From NCBI GenBank assembly GCA_964016885.1, contig OZ024744.1, positions 39,804,001 through 39,868,000 on the forward strand: a stretch of DNA of 64,000 nucleotides, written 5' to 3'. The notes beneath the pieces are model-generated. The model saw nothing but the letters and a program-made list of their open reading frames with translations, did not search any database and was not told the origin of the DNA. Origin of the DNA: Eledone cirrhosa (Eukaryota). Of the stretch, positions 49,479-63,154 are shown one piece after another. The first letter of the stretch is position 1. Each line of letters starts with the position of its first letter. A program made the translations under genes and the position numbers.

Positions 49479-52373
49479 TGTACTGACCTACATTCCGTGG
49501 GCTCACATACATTCTATGTGCGTGATTTGGCTCAGCTCAGCCAACCAGCGCCAGTAGAAGAGAATGTATCTCTACGCGCCCCGAGGGAAAAGTTCCCGCG
49601 TGGATTTGAAGAATCAGCCTCTCGCTTCCTCTCTGTGAAAAGGTAAACACCTAACTTTCTTTCGTCGTGAAATCACTAGCTAACATGAAACACAACAACT
49701 TAACCACGGCTTGGCAACACTTCAGCCAGTGGACCGTGTGTTCTGAAATCCTTAATTCATTGTTTCATCTCTCTTGGCATGTCAGCTATTCAGCTCTACT
49801 CAGCTCAATCTTTGTAAATAAATATGGTACATACAACCCAGTGTAATGTTATAATTGGTGACCCCGAGAAAAAAATAATAGGAACGGGTGTTGTGTGAAT
49901 ATGGAAAAAAGAAAGTTAGGTGTTTACCTTTTCACAGACAGGAAGCGAGAGGCTGATTCTTCAAATCCACGCGGGAACTTTTCCCTCAGGGCGCGTAGAG
50001 ATACATTCTATTCTACTGGCGCTGATTGGCTGAGCTGAGCCAAATCACGCACAGAGAATGTAAGTGAGCCTGCTCCACATGGATTTTTTCTCCGAAACTG
50101 TCTACAACGAAAAATATAAGTAATCCTTTTCTCAACAGCAAACAAACAAGACAAAATTTTGTTCTTCACCTAACGTGTTTACATCGTTTAAGTGTGTTTC
50201 ACTCACTGGATATATCCTTCGTTCTTCTCACAACGAACACTCAAAAAGACTTGGACTCCTATATTCTTATATTCAACATGTCAATTTTGATGAACATCAC
50301 AGCTCGCTTACTCATTCAACTAAGCCTTTTTCATTACTTTCACAAAAAAATTGAACTCCCGCCATATTTGTATACAAAGGGAATATAGCCTTTCCTTCTT
50401 TTTCACCATATTGTCACGTTCACACACAAATTTTTCAAAATGGCTGCCAACGATCTGTTCCACTATCATTTTCGCGCCATTTTCTCGCGCAAAAGAAATA
50501 TTTTTATTTATTCAACTTGACTTTAACCTTGTTTCGGCACGTGTGTGGGAGCACACATCTCAACTCACACGCCATAGATAATGTTTCTTGCCAAGGATTC
50601 TCCAGCCTTAAGCTATATTCTCCTATTTGCCGTTAAAAACTGCGCATTTATTCAGAATGCTTATTTCTATGGTCGTTGGCCTCTTGTCCCATCCAGGTCA
50701 ACGTGTTCTCAACATCGACCATCAACTTTGGCTGTTATTTCTAGCACTTTGCGCAACTCATTTTTTCTGGGAAACTTTTTACTGTGAATTGAAACAACTT
50801 CGAATAGAATATCACTCAGCGAGACAACAACAACACAGCTTCATCTTTGCTTTATCAACAACCAAAACCGGCAGAACAAAACACAGAATTTATTTTTGCA
50901 GTACTCTTCCTGTGAGAAAATCCCACCGCCTTCGGGGGTTGGAAATTTCACGTTGTACCACAGTCCAGAAACCACCTGCATACATTCTCTTGGGGACACA
51001 CTCTTTTTCCTGCTGTCATATGCTTACATACCTGTTAACTTTATTTTTGAACATTTGAACCTTTTTTAATAACTATGTTCGAGCACGTTTCTTTGCTCCT
51101 TTGACTTCTTCTTTTAAGTTGATTACATTGTATATATCACTGTATCATTTTCTTTATCATTGTATATATGACTGCACCCACACATTCTTTGCTGTATTAC
51201 ATGCCTGCATATGCACATATATTTCTTTGACACACACCAACATGTTGTTCTTAGTATATGATATTCAAACGTCGTAAAGTTCTGCGAGATCCCTTCCCAC
51301 CTGGTGGAGGTACCAAAACATGCTAGCGACTCATAGAGCTTAATTCACCTAGATTCAAACAGGCACCGCAACACAAGAACTGCTAATTGCAGCTGGATTC
51401 AAACAGCTTCGCATCTCGTTGCACACTCATCGTCCATAACAACCTCCATCTTGTTACCTTACCCGACTCACTGGGAAAACAACAAATGGAACTGGACTTG
51501 TCAGCATTTCCACCATTTCTGTGGATTCTCCGGAATTGTGGAATTTACACTGCAACTACTACCCACCTACAGATTCAACTTGCTTTTTTCTTTTCAAAGC
51601 AACCAGCCATTTTTTCCTGGCTGCCTAGCACTTTCGGCAATACATCTGGGAGGCCGACATTTTCTCGCCTACCCATCATCTTCTTGCCAGCACTGGTAAA
51701 CTACCATAATAGCTTCATCCTCAGCTACTGGTACAACACTTACCATTAACATTTAATGCAAGAACAGCAACTTCACCCATGTCAGACTTTATCCGTTTTC
51801 TGTTAGACCCTTGGTGGTCACGTATAAACTACAAAACAGCTAGTCATTTGACACAGCGGCTCAACACGGCCCTTAGCGCCTCATTTTTCTTCTTGCATGC
51901 ATCCTTCTGCACAATTATTTTTTCACTGATGTGCTTTCAGCATTTTTTCCTGCTGATTCAATAATCTGTATCGTCTTACGTCTAGAGGGGCAGTATTGTA
52001 GTGACTTACATTCCGCGGGCTCACATACATTCTCTGTGCGTGATTTGGCTCAGCTCAGCCAATCAGCGCCAGTAGAAGAGAATGTATCCCTACATGCCCC
52101 GAGGGGAAAGTTCCCGCGTGGATTTGAAGAATCAGCCTCTCGCTTCCTCTCTGTGAAAAGGTAAACACCTAACTTTCTTTCGTCGTGAAATCACTAGCCA
52201 ACATGTAACACAACAACTTAACCACGGCCTGGCAACACTTCAACCAGTGGACCGTGTCTTCTGAAATCCTTAATTCATTGTTTCATCTCTCTTGGCATGT
52301 CAGCTATTCATCCTCTACTCAGCTCAATCTTCGTAAATAAATATTGTACATACAACCCAGTGACACTTTTATA
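49479..52373 (+). mobile_element. Non-autonomous LTR retrotransposon (Gypsy-like signals)
   Basis: LTRs at 49479-49853 and 51997-52373 are highly similar. TSD GCAC at 49475-49478 and 52374-52377. PBS TGGTGACCCCGA at 49856 is complementary to the 3' end of tRNA-Trp. Purine tract AGAGGGG precedes the 3' LTR. No gag/pol recognised inside. Confidence 0.92.
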
Positions 52374-52781
52374 GCACTCTTCATCAATTGTACACTACAA
52401 AAGGAATGCTAGAGCCCCCCCCCCCCCCTCAAACATTTTGATGCAACCCAAAATACTCGTGGCATTTCTGATAGCAGGATTGTGGTGCTGGATGACTGTA
52501 TTTTACCATCCAAGAACAGTTATTTCAATAATTTAATTCAGTTATGGATTCAGTAAACCTCACCCCAACCGACTTCCACCAAAGCACGTTAGATGTGATG
52601 GAGAGAAAGAGACATTAACAGTAGTATATCATATGAGGTATCAACTTATAGCCCTTGGCCAATGCAACCATGCTATGAGATTGATCAGACTTTTGAGTTT
52701 TTCATAGATTAAGTCATCAAAAGGACATGGGGATTTACAAGTAATTCCTAAAAATAAAATTTTAAAAAATTAGTGTGCCTT

Positions 52782-53964
52782 CATCATCATCATCATCATC
52801 AACGTTTAACGTCCGTGTTCCACGCTTGCATGGGTTTGGACGGGGGTAGTCCCACTTGAGGCAAGAGTGATTGTCTTGCTCGCATAGGACTGTCTGGCAG
52901 GTTTTCTACAGTTGGATGCCCTTCCTAACACCAACCACATTTACAGTGTGGGTCTGGGAGGTTTTTACCGTGTTGCCTACACGGCCACATTACAGCGTGG
53001 ACTGTGTGTTTTTTTGTCGTGACACCTACACAATCTCATTTGTTTCAGCCTGGATGGCGCGGCACCAACATAACTTTACATAGAACGGGGTGGTGTGGAT
53101 GGGGTGGGGGTGGGGTGGTGGGACGGGGTGTATTTTGTTAGAGATGCCTACTGGCAAGGCGGGTCTTCTCTGTTACTGAGTACCGCCAAAGGTCTCGGTC
53201 CAGTGACATTGTCTTGGAGAGGTGTAAGTGTGTGAGGTCGGGGTTTATCAGCTCGTCCCAGGTTTTTCTAGGTCTGCCTATTCCGTGGCTACCGTCTATC
53301 TTTATTGCCCTGCACTTTGTTATACAGCTATCGACTTTCATGCGCATCACGTGTCCATACCAACGTAGCCTTCTCTCGAGTAAACAACATCTGATCCCTC
53401 TTATTTCTAATTTTTTCCTTAGTTCGTTTATGCTTTGCCGTTCACGTATATTACTGTTACACATCCAGCGGAGCATGCAAGCTTCGTTCCTCTCTAGTCT
53501 GCGTATATCCTCTGCACACAATGCCCAGGTCTCACTGCCATGCAACATTGCTGTTCGTATGCAGGCATCGTACAACCTGCCTTTCATTTTTAGGGAGAAC
53601 CCTTTAGCAGCTAATAGTGGTATAAGCTCTCTGAACTTTTTCCAACCAGTTCTGACTCTAGCTACTGTACTTTCAGAGCACCCTCCCCCACTGCTGATTT
53701 TATCACCCAGGTAACGGAAGCTGTCCACTATTTCTATAAAACCCTCTGCGCAATTGAAAGAGCTAGTATTTTGTGGGCACTTGCTGCTACTTATTGCACC
53801 AGAACACCGGCCACATGTAAAATCTATGTTCTTAGTTAGCTTACCTGTGATCCCACTACATCTTTTATGCACCCATACTTTGCATTTAGGACATAAAATG
53901 GAGTTTCTACCTACGCCTTTCCTACACACCGAGCACGACCATTTCCCAGAAGGGACCGCCGCCT
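52782..53964 (-). mobile_element. 5'-truncated RTE LINE with an intact 263-aa C-terminal frame
   Basis: ORF 53138-53929 and (CAT)n tail. Possible TSD TGCCTT at 52776-52781 and 53965-53970. Confidence 0.93.
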
Positions 53965-54759
53965 TGCCTTAATACTTTAAAATAATTGCTTCGAGTTTCA
54001 AGGTCAGAAATTGGAAGTCCAAAGAAGCATGAGGTTGATAGGGAAGGACCATGATGAAAAGGAAGAAATCAGGTAATAGGCCTACTATAGACTGGGGTTG
54101 CAGAAATGGTTGATTGAGAATTCAAAGTTTAAATTTGGAACCATAAACTTGAAGGCCCCCTATGATCATGCTCCTCAATTATCAACTTTGTTGTAGCAAT
54201 GACTCTATTTGGGGGTCCCCACAAACAAGCATCATCAAGATACCAGACATGCAGATCCATGTCAGACCCCCCACCTTAGCAATATTATTGGTAGTATTGG
54301 TAGAGTGTCAGACACCTCATCCTTATGAGGGTTGATAAAATAAAGAACCAGTAATGCACGGGTCAATTCAATCGATTTCCCCTCCCCCTACAGTAGAAAC
54401 CATTATTGACACTCAGTGCAAATAGAATAGGACATTAGGGATCATCCTGTTGAACTCCCAGGGTAGAACGAATGCTCTGATCACCAAAGAGATGAAAAAG
54501 CTCTCAAAAATCATTGCAAAATAAAGTGGTTGAGCTGGAGGGCTTGCTTTTTCACTGACTTGAGGATGACATCACATCTAATTGAATTGAAAATATTAAG
54601 TTTGAAAGCAATCTTGAGACCTCAAAAGGTGTGATAATAAATGTTCTTGTGGCATGAGTAGCTGCTTCACAACTTATATTAGTGCAGATGGCCAACACAC
54701 TTTTCCTGTGAGGTGACTCAAAGACTCAACTATGAGGCAAAGATCTTCATTTGGCTTAA

Positions 54760-55081
54760 CCTCTTCAGTGCCGTAGATAAGATAACTCTTCCTAACATGT
54801 ATGCATTCCAGTGCCATGGATGAGATAACTCTTCCTAACATGTATGCATTCCAGTGCCATGGATGAGATAACTCGTCCTAACATGTTTGAACACTTTTTC
54901 AACTGTTCAAAACTTCAAAGTTAGATGGGGTTACTAGTTTATTGATGTGACGTTTGTCACTCATTCAGATGTGTGTTGTTAATAAATGTTTGTTTTAAAA
55001 AATAGTAATTTTACTGAAAAAAAAAAAGAAAAAATCGCACAGCAACTGTAACTGTGTAAAATATATATGGCAGTCAACAGG
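54760..55081. mobile_element. piggyBac-like MITE with an internal 43-bp tandem repeat (~3 copies)
   Basis: TTAA on both sides, imperfect 13-bp TIRs CCTCTTCAGTGCC and GGCAGTCAACAGG, repeat at 54766-54885. Confidence 0.65.
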
Positions 55082-55934
55082 TTAAAGAAACCAAATAGGT
55101 TTGTACCAAAGAACAAAGATGTATGTAGGGGAGGACACTTTCAAAAGAAAATATGTTAATAAACTGAGAGAGACATTCCAAAAGCTCTGAGCAAATGAGG
55201 GATGCCATCTTTAAGATAATGAGAGGCAGAAGCCATCAATTCCATGAGCAGAATATGCAAGAAAGATTGCTTTTTTGACATTATCTGTATTAAAAACTTG
55301 TCTTAAACAATCTGGTAGTTTGAACAATCATCTATAAGAGGAAATAAATGTTTCCCCTTCAGTTGATTAAGGGACTGTGCATTACATTAGGTAAAGATGG
55401 TCAGAACAGAAAATATATGGACTACTCCTTTGAGATCATGTTTGCAGAATTTGGTATTAGTGGCTTTTTCAGGTTTGGGCACCAAATGATATTTGAAACC
55501 ACAGCTTTTGAACTCAGAGTACAAAGATCTAGAACAAATACTGCAAGCCATTTATTTGTACAATGCTCAAACAATTCTGCCAATAGACGATCTTACAAGC
55601 ATATCAGACTACCTCAAAAAGAAATATGACAGGTAGGTTTCAAAATGCCAACATAATACAAATGCCGTTTTACTACAGTAATTTATTTCAACCCATTTCC
55701 TACAGAATTGAAAAAGGAAAGATGCTGATCATCAGATCAGATCTAGTACAGAGTCAGTTCAGATAGCACAAAGCATTCTCTCCAACCTTTTAACAACTCT
55801 GCCAATCCACAACTTCCAGACTTGTACTATTTAGTGTTAGAAATTTGAAAGTTTGAAAACAATGAGAAAATAACGACTTTTTTCCATCTTTAAGAGAAAT
55901 TTCTCTTTTTTTTTATCAACTACCTATAGTGATC

Positions 55935-56290
55935 AACAACAACATCAAATGGCCCGAGAAAATCAGAAACGAAGATCTGTGGGAGCAAGCATGACAAGAA
56001 CCAGTGGCAAAGCAGATTCTACAGAGTTGTGGAGCTGGATATGTCATACCCTCAGGAAATCAGCATCCAACACCACATGCCAAGCCCAGACCTGGAACCC
56101 ACAGGGTAATAGGAAAAGAGGCTGGTTCTGTGTCAGCTGGAGGCATGACGCTGAGGCTGAATTAAGAAAGCTGGAAGCCAACTGGAGTGGAGTGGAGTGG
56201 TGAGAACAGCTCAGGATCCTGTATGATGACGGGGAGTGATCAATGGCCTATGCTCCACAGAGAGCAATGAAGCTGAATGCTAATGATTGA
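55935..56290 (+). mobile_element. 3' remnant of a second RTE lineage (SR2/RTE-1-like)
   Basis: Encodes WPEKIRNEDLW...WSWICHTLRK...WNPQGNRKRG...AQD...GLCS, a typical RTE C-terminus. Confidence 0.8.
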
Positions 56291-57118
56291 TTGTTATTAC
56301 AGTTAATTTCTGTGTTTGAAACTCTTACAAGTGGAACCAATCCTAACATTGGTAGGAAGACACCAGCTTGGTAGTGTCTGAGCATAATAAGATTCCGACT
56401 CTTACAGAATGTTGGAATATAATATTGTTAATGATATGTAATAAACTGGGCTGTGTACGAGACTGCTCATATTAAATTATGATAAAGCTGTTTGTTATAT
56501 AATAACTTGCATTGTATACAAAACTGCTAATGTTAAATTACCATAATGTTCTTAATGTTATGTAATAAATCATGTGATATACATACAAGATTGCTAACAT
56601 TGATATAATTAATATAAGGCTGTTAATGTTATGATACATGTGGATAAGATGATGACATTCCCTTAGCTTTCAGTTTCTCACTGGGGACTTATAATATCTA
56701 CTTCCTTCCTTGCCAGCCCCAGCCTCATGGAACTTAGCATAGCCCTACTTACTAAAAACCCAATTTCCATCACTCATTATTGGAATCCCATCAATATTAA
56801 GCTATTTCAAGTTAGCATCAGCAGCGGGCTGGCCATATGGCTATTTGGGAAATGCCTGGTGAATCATGGGCTGAGTAAAAAAAATGACAACTAAAGGCAG
56901 AGCTGCTGCAAAAAAATTAAAACAAAAAAATATATATATATATATGTAGCGAAATCTGTCCGCGCCTTGAAACTTGGGTGACACCTAAAGGTCAAATTCT
57001 TGGTCAACACCCTTTTGGTGTAGACAGGTTGATGTGTTGACTATCCTGTCAAAGGGGGGGCGGAGCGCGAGACAGGAAGCGATAGGTATATAAAGCATAT
57101 ATTTTCCCACCTTAAACA

Positions 57119-57670
57119 CAGAGACATTGGAGCGCTAGGATACACAACAAATTATGTAAAGATTAACCGCTAACTTCAGACCCCAGAGGTCTACAGAAAG
57201 GCCAGAGACAACGGAGCATTACACCTATAACAAACTATGTAAAGATTCACTGCTATCAATAGACCCCAGTAGTCTACAGCCAGAGACATCAGAGCATTAC
57301 ACCTATAACTAACTATGTAAAGATTCACTGCTATCAATAGACCCCAGTAGTCTACAGCCAGAGACATCAGAGCATTACACCTATAACTAACTATGTAAAG
57401 ATTCACTGCTATCAATAGACCCCAGTAGTCTACAGCCAGAGACATCAGAGCATTACACCTATAACTAACTATGTAAAGATTCACTGCTATCAATAGACCC
57501 CAGTAGTCTACAGCCAGAGACATCAGAGCATTACACCTATAACAAACTATGTAAAGATTCACTGCTATCAATAGACCCCAGTGGTCTACAGCCAGAGACA
57601 TCAGAGCATTACGTTAGCAACCAACTATGTAAGGACTCACCACTATCAACAGACTCCATGGGATCTACAG
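57119..57670. repeat. 78-bp tandem repeat, ~7 units
   Basis: AGACCCCAG recurs at 57261, 57339 and onward. Five central units are nearly identical and the outer two are diverged. Confidence 0.95.
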
Positions 57671-57986
57671 ATACACACATAGATTTGAGCCGTACTACTA
57701 CAGACCATGTACAAGCCACAGTGGTCTACAACCAATTGCAGACCATTCAGAGGTATACAAACCATTTACTCTCTCTTACTCACTACAGTCTCAGAATTAC
57801 TACCAAGGACTCCAAATAACAACAACATTATCTGTTTGCTCGCTGTTTTCACATCAAAAACATTGTCAACCTTAACAACTCTTGGTAACTGTTTTATATG
57901 TACTTTTTAATTGAGTCACGTGAAGTAAACCATATATAACCAAATCATTTATTCTTTATATTCTCGTTATTACATTTATTCCTATT

Positions 57987-58512
57987 CATCATCATCATCA
58001 TCTTCGGTTAACGTCCATCTTCCACGCTAGCATGGGTTAGACGGGAGTTGTCCCACTTGAGGCAAGGTTGGTCGGGTGACCGTGTCTCGCTCGTACAAGA
58101 CTATCTGGCAGGTTTTCTACTGCTGGATGCCCTTCCTAACACCAACCACATTTACAGTGTGGAACTGGGAACTTTTTACCGTGTTACCTACACGGCCACA
58201 TTACAGCGTGGACTGTGTTTTTTTGTTGTGACATCTACACGATCTCAATCTCATTATCTCATTTATTTGGACTGAATGTTGTGGTACCAACTTTATAGAG
58301 AGAGGGTGGTGTTAGTGGGAGTGGGGGGATGGAGTAGGGGTAGTGGATTGGGGTGTATATTTGGTTAAGAGGTGCCTACTGACTGTAGGTTTCGCTTTGT
58401 ACATAGACAAGGCGGGTCTTCTGTATTACTGCGTAGCGCCAAAGATCTCGGTCTAGAGACATTGTCTTAGAGAGGTGCAAGTGTGTAAGGTCAGAATTTA
58501 TCAGATCGTCTC
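57987..58512 (-). mobile_element. RTE 3' fragment nested inside a solo LTR
   Basis: (CAT)n tail and RTE 3' UTR. The flanks rejoin to match the uninterrupted copy at 374-1133. Confidence 0.9.
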
Positions 58513-58609
58513 ATTATACTTGTTATTTCATCTAATAATCATGTTACCTCATCCAACATCTAACTATTTTTAACTTCCATTAAATATATATATATATATA
58601 TATATGTCT

Positions 58610-59780
58610 GTAAAAGGTAAACAGAAATAACAACACAATCAGTACAGTATACGGAAGGGATATATTAGGTTAACGCTTGATATAGCAGGAAGAGGGTCAT
58701 AACGTTTCGGATGCTAGTCCTTCATCAGAAGAAAGAATGAGAAATAAGATAGATTGAGGGGACGGGTGGGTTGGAATTTGAAAAAATGTCTTTAGATAAA
58801 AATAATAGGTCCATTCATGTTGTCATCTCTTCCAAAACTGCTGCTGCTGGCGTTTTGTGTATGATTTACTTTTTAGAAAAGTGGATGATGGAGCGTGTGT
58901 ACCTGAAATGGAAAAAAAAAACGTTTTGTAAAAAGAGGTATACTTGAGCACGTGCGTAAGCATGTGTTTGTGTGTGTGTGTTATTATACGTCCGTACGAA
59001 GCTAAGCATAAATGTGTGTGTATATGTGAGTAAAAGAGTGTGTGTGCATGTAAGTACGAAGCTATGAGCAAAAGTATGTTAATATAAGGGTGTCTATGTG
59101 TGTATACAGAGCAGTGAAGGGAAAAGTGGAGTGAGCATATATAGTCAGGTTTGGTTGTGAGAGAAGCTGATAATGATCAAGAGAAAGTGATAGGAATCTG
59201 GGTGTGATAATGGATGGGGTATTAGAAAAATTGGGGAGGTGAGTTGAGTCCAAGAGGGGAATAGGACCCAAGGCGGTGAAGCCTGAGATCAATGATGTAA
59301 AATGACACCCAGGCTGAAACATGTAGGGAAGAATGACCAGGAGAACAGAAATGATGGGCGACAGGAGTATCCAAACCGAGTCGTATGTCCCTCAAATGTT
59401 CGACAAAATGGTCCTCCATACGGCGTCCCATTTGTCCGATGTATAAAGACCCGCAAAGGGAACACCGGAGGGCATAGACAACGTGGGTGGATGTGCAGGT
59501 GAAGGAATGGTGGATATGGAAAGACCTGTTAGGAACTGTGAACCAGGAACTCGCGGAGGTTGCGGGCGCACTTAAAAGCAGTAATCGGTGGGTTTGGAAA
59601 AAAGCGAGAAGTGACGGGGACAGAAGAGAGGATACAGAAGGAATAGAGAATATGTTGCCAGAGTGGAGGGTGATGGGGTGGTAGGTGAGAGGGAAAGGAA
59701 CACGGGTGTTGGGAGGGTGGTGGTGAGGTGAGAGGGTTGTGGTGCGGTCTGTTTCACAGGCACAGGTGAGAGCAGCTTGG
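58610..59780 (-). mobile_element. Penelope-like element 3' part: GIY-YIG endonuclease plus pseudo-LTR region
   Basis: FTCTSTHVVYALRCSLCGSLYIGQMGRRMEDHFVEH...PVAHHF...H...GLN in ORF 59222-59836, with a hammerhead-like motif downstream at 58695-58733. Confidence 0.88.
58695..58733 (-). ncRNA. Minimal hammerhead motif in the Penelope pseudo-LTR
   Basis: CTGATGA-A-GGA(CTAGCA)TCC-GAAACGTTA. Stem I is poorly paired. Confidence 0.5.
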
Positions 59781-59903
59781 ATATATATATATATGTATGT
59801 GTATATATATATAATAAAATGAAAACGAAATTTCATTTCTCACTCTTAGTACGGCACTTACTTAAATCTGATGCGTACATATATGTATGTGTACCTGTAT
59901 GTA

Positions 59904-59967
<64 letters not shown>

Positions 59968-60214
59968 TGCTATTGTACGTCTTTATACATATATGTATGT
60001 ATGTATACATACATACTTACATTTATATATATATATATATATATGATGGAAAACGAAGAATCAGTGATGCATCGGAACACAACTTATTACATATTACAAT
60101 TGTTTCTCCGGCAAACAGCTTGAGGTGCGATCTGTTTGTGGATCGAACCTGACTCTGGATTTGCAAGTTCCTCAGATACGTCTGGTGATTTCGAAGCAAA
60201 TTCTCTTTCTCCAT

Positions 60215-60310
60215 GGTTCTGACCTTTCGAGTCTATATCACCCGCCTTCATCCTGTTTGCGCGTCCTTGGATTGGTCAGTGATTTGTGACGTCATCATAG
60301 TTCTGACCAC
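60215..60310 (-). promoter_or_regulatory. Possible promoter (CRE and CCAAT motifs upstream of an ATG at 60214)
   Basis: TGACGTCA at ~60287-60294 and CCAAT (ATTGG on +) at 60271 in locally CpG-rich sequence. The short downstream ORF is not recognised. Confidence 0.25.
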
Positions 60311-63154
60311 TGAAAGCTGCCCACTGGCCATCTAGGCGTGAGCTGTCACTCACCCCAATCCCATCCGCAAAATTACTGCTCTATGTACCTACACACACTC
60401 CCACACACAGAGACACAGGCAGATAGAGCTTGCGTGCTTGCGTTCATGCATGTACCTACATAAACATATACACATATCTATATATACACCAGACGGTACA
60501 CACTCTCCACATGGACATCACCGGATGGCCCCAACTAAAGCCATACGGGGAAGTGGACGTCAGTCGGGGTGGCGGCGCGGGTCCAAGGAAACCGACACCA
60601 CACCTTGTTCACTATGTATGCATTGTGGGGTAGGTCGACACAATCAATGCTACCCATTAGACTCTGCACCTCATCTTAAATAACACGGTGGCTTACTTCC
60701 ATGGGTATAATCAATCCCGTATCATACATCAATAAGGCACTCTAACATACAGTAACATATTCCATTATAGGCTGTATTCCATTATGTAACACCTCATATA
60801 TTTTTTCATGTACAACCCAATATGTATTTTTTATATATTTTTTGTATATTCTGTATGCATTTTTTATATATGTTCTGGGTATACCCTTTACATTATTCCC
60901 ATGAGCTCCCCATATGTAATTTTGTTTAAGTTTTCTATATGTGGATTAATCCACATTAGCACCATAATGCCAACTCTGCCAACATGTACATCAGAGTGTG
61001 TCTGAACGAACCTGTATACCGTCATGTGAGATGCTGCATGCATTAACCATCGTACCCCCATATGTACCTTTTTCATACCCTGCACATATTCCACCACGTA
61101 ACATTTCGATGTACAGCACCATGTGCTTGCTGCATACACCCTCCACATATTTTTTATGCAGTTTATATTTTTTATATTTTTATTTTTATATTTTTTAATT
61201 TTTTATACAGTTTATTCTCATATATGTGTGTACGTGTGGGCGCGTACGTCTGTATGGATGTGAGTGCATAAATGCGTGTGTGTGTGGGTATATATGTATA
61301 GGTGGATGTATGTGTGTGTGTGGGTATAAATATATAGGTGGATGTATGCGTGTGTGTGGGTATATATGTATAGGTAGATGTATGTGTGTGCAAAAGTACA
61401 TGCACATATATATGTGCGTCTGTGTGTGTGTGTGTGTGCATGCATCCACACACATATGTACACATATATATAATATGTATATGTATGTGTGTGGATATAG
61501 GTATGTATGTGTGTACGTGTGTGTGTATATATACATATATGTGTGTGTCTATATATATATATATATATCAATTCTGATTTTAACTTAAATCATTCTCTAT
61601 AAAATAACTACCAGACTTAAAGAGTAAGCAACAGGGTTAGATATGTTTGACTAGAAACTTTGAAAGGAGTGCACCAGAATGGCCCTTAAAGAATAAAAGA
61701 ATAATTAAAACACCAACATCGACAGTGGCAATGTCTCAGACATTTAGTTACTGAATCCATGCAAGAATCTTATATAAAACATCAAGTCTTGCATGCAATC
61801 TATACCAGCTGGAATGGTTGCCAAATTAAGTTGTCAGTCAAAGACAAGTAACCAATTTAAATCAACATGATAAATATTAGAATAATCAATTATTTTTTTG
61901 ACATATTTCAGTAAAGATTCATTACAAGTCATATACTAGTTTGTAAGTTTCCTGCTGCAAAAACAAATAAAACAATACATTAAACTTTAAAGGAACACTG
62001 TCAAATCAAATAAGAAAATAAATAAAATAAAATAAATAAATTAAAATGAATGAATAAATAAAGTTTTACATTTCCTCAACTGAGATTCTAACAGAAATCA
62101 ATACTATTCAGATATCAATTCACATCCAGCTTCAAACTGCTTTTATCGACATCATTGTTAACATCATGGCTGCCACTGTCATCATTTTTACTATTATCAT
62201 TATCATTATTGCTATCATGAAGTTTGTAGCTAACATTGCTGTCATTATCATTATTACAGCATTAACATATCATTGTTACAAGAACAACCTGATGGCAGGT
62301 GTTATGATCGTGTTTCTAATGGTTTGGCAAGAACAATGATTCATAGTTTAACCAGATTTAATTAATTAACAGTTGTATAGTTTTAATTTTCTATAGTACT
62401 ATAATGGTTTAAAAACTTTCAAGGCTTCTCTTTGACTAGGAGAGATAATTGGTTTTACGTCTTTTACTCCACAGATTGAACAAAGGCCAGAGCTTATCCC
62501 ATATTTCTAATGATACACTATTTCAATTAATTAACAAAGAATTAGGAAAGATTTTCTAAAATTATTAATTATTTAATTATTAACACATTTGTTACAATAT
62601 TTCTAATGAAAGACCTTGCCTAAGATTTTCAAATAGTTAAGAAAATAATCAAGAATTTTGATAGATTTGGTAATACAATTTAACAAAGGTTCTTACATAA
62701 AATTATAATGATTATAGGCATATGGCCAGCAATTTGGGGGTAGGCAAAAGTCAATTAAATCAACACCTGTAAATTATTGGTGTTTTATTTTGTTGGCCTC
62801 GTTAGGATGAAGGGCAAAGCTATAATATCAGCAGGATTTGAACTCAGAACGTAAAGGGCCGTAATTCTATGCCGTGAAGCAGTTTTTAGATAACAGTATT
62901 GTATTATAAAACCAGGGGCAGTTTAGTTCAAAAGGTGAGAATAGTATTTGTAACATATGGTTCTTGCATCAAATTATGTTGGAACATTTTGAATTAAATA
63001 GAAAAACACTTTAAAATGCACAGTTTGTTTCATAAAAACCAGCATTGGTAGAGCACTGTGAAATGAGGGGGCCTCCAATGCACAACCTTATGATCAAGAG
63101 ACTAACACTCTAATCACTAGGCCACATGCTTTCAATAATGAAAAGAATTTATCC

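Larger units (their letters stand above)
56946..58583 (+). mobile_element. Solo LTR-like element with a 78-bp tandem array, interrupted by an RTE fragment
   Basis: Begins TGTAGCGAAATCTGTCC. Reverse-complement homologue of 374-1133, with (TA)n flanks. Confidence 0.78.

Noticed and set aside
50194-51964. gag/pol ORFs inside the LTR element
   Set aside because: Only short ORFs with no recognisable retroelement motifs.
57119-57670. CRISPR-like array or a 26-aa repeat protein (ORF 57191-57601)
   Set aside because: Units are contiguous with no unique spacers, there are no cas genes, and the array lies in an LTR-like repeat. The ORF arises because the period of 78 is divisible by three.
60023-60214. 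Host gene first exon MEKENLLRNHQ...
   Set aside because: No convincing donor or recognisable homology, and it runs into a TA repeat. Kept only as a low-confidence promoter call.
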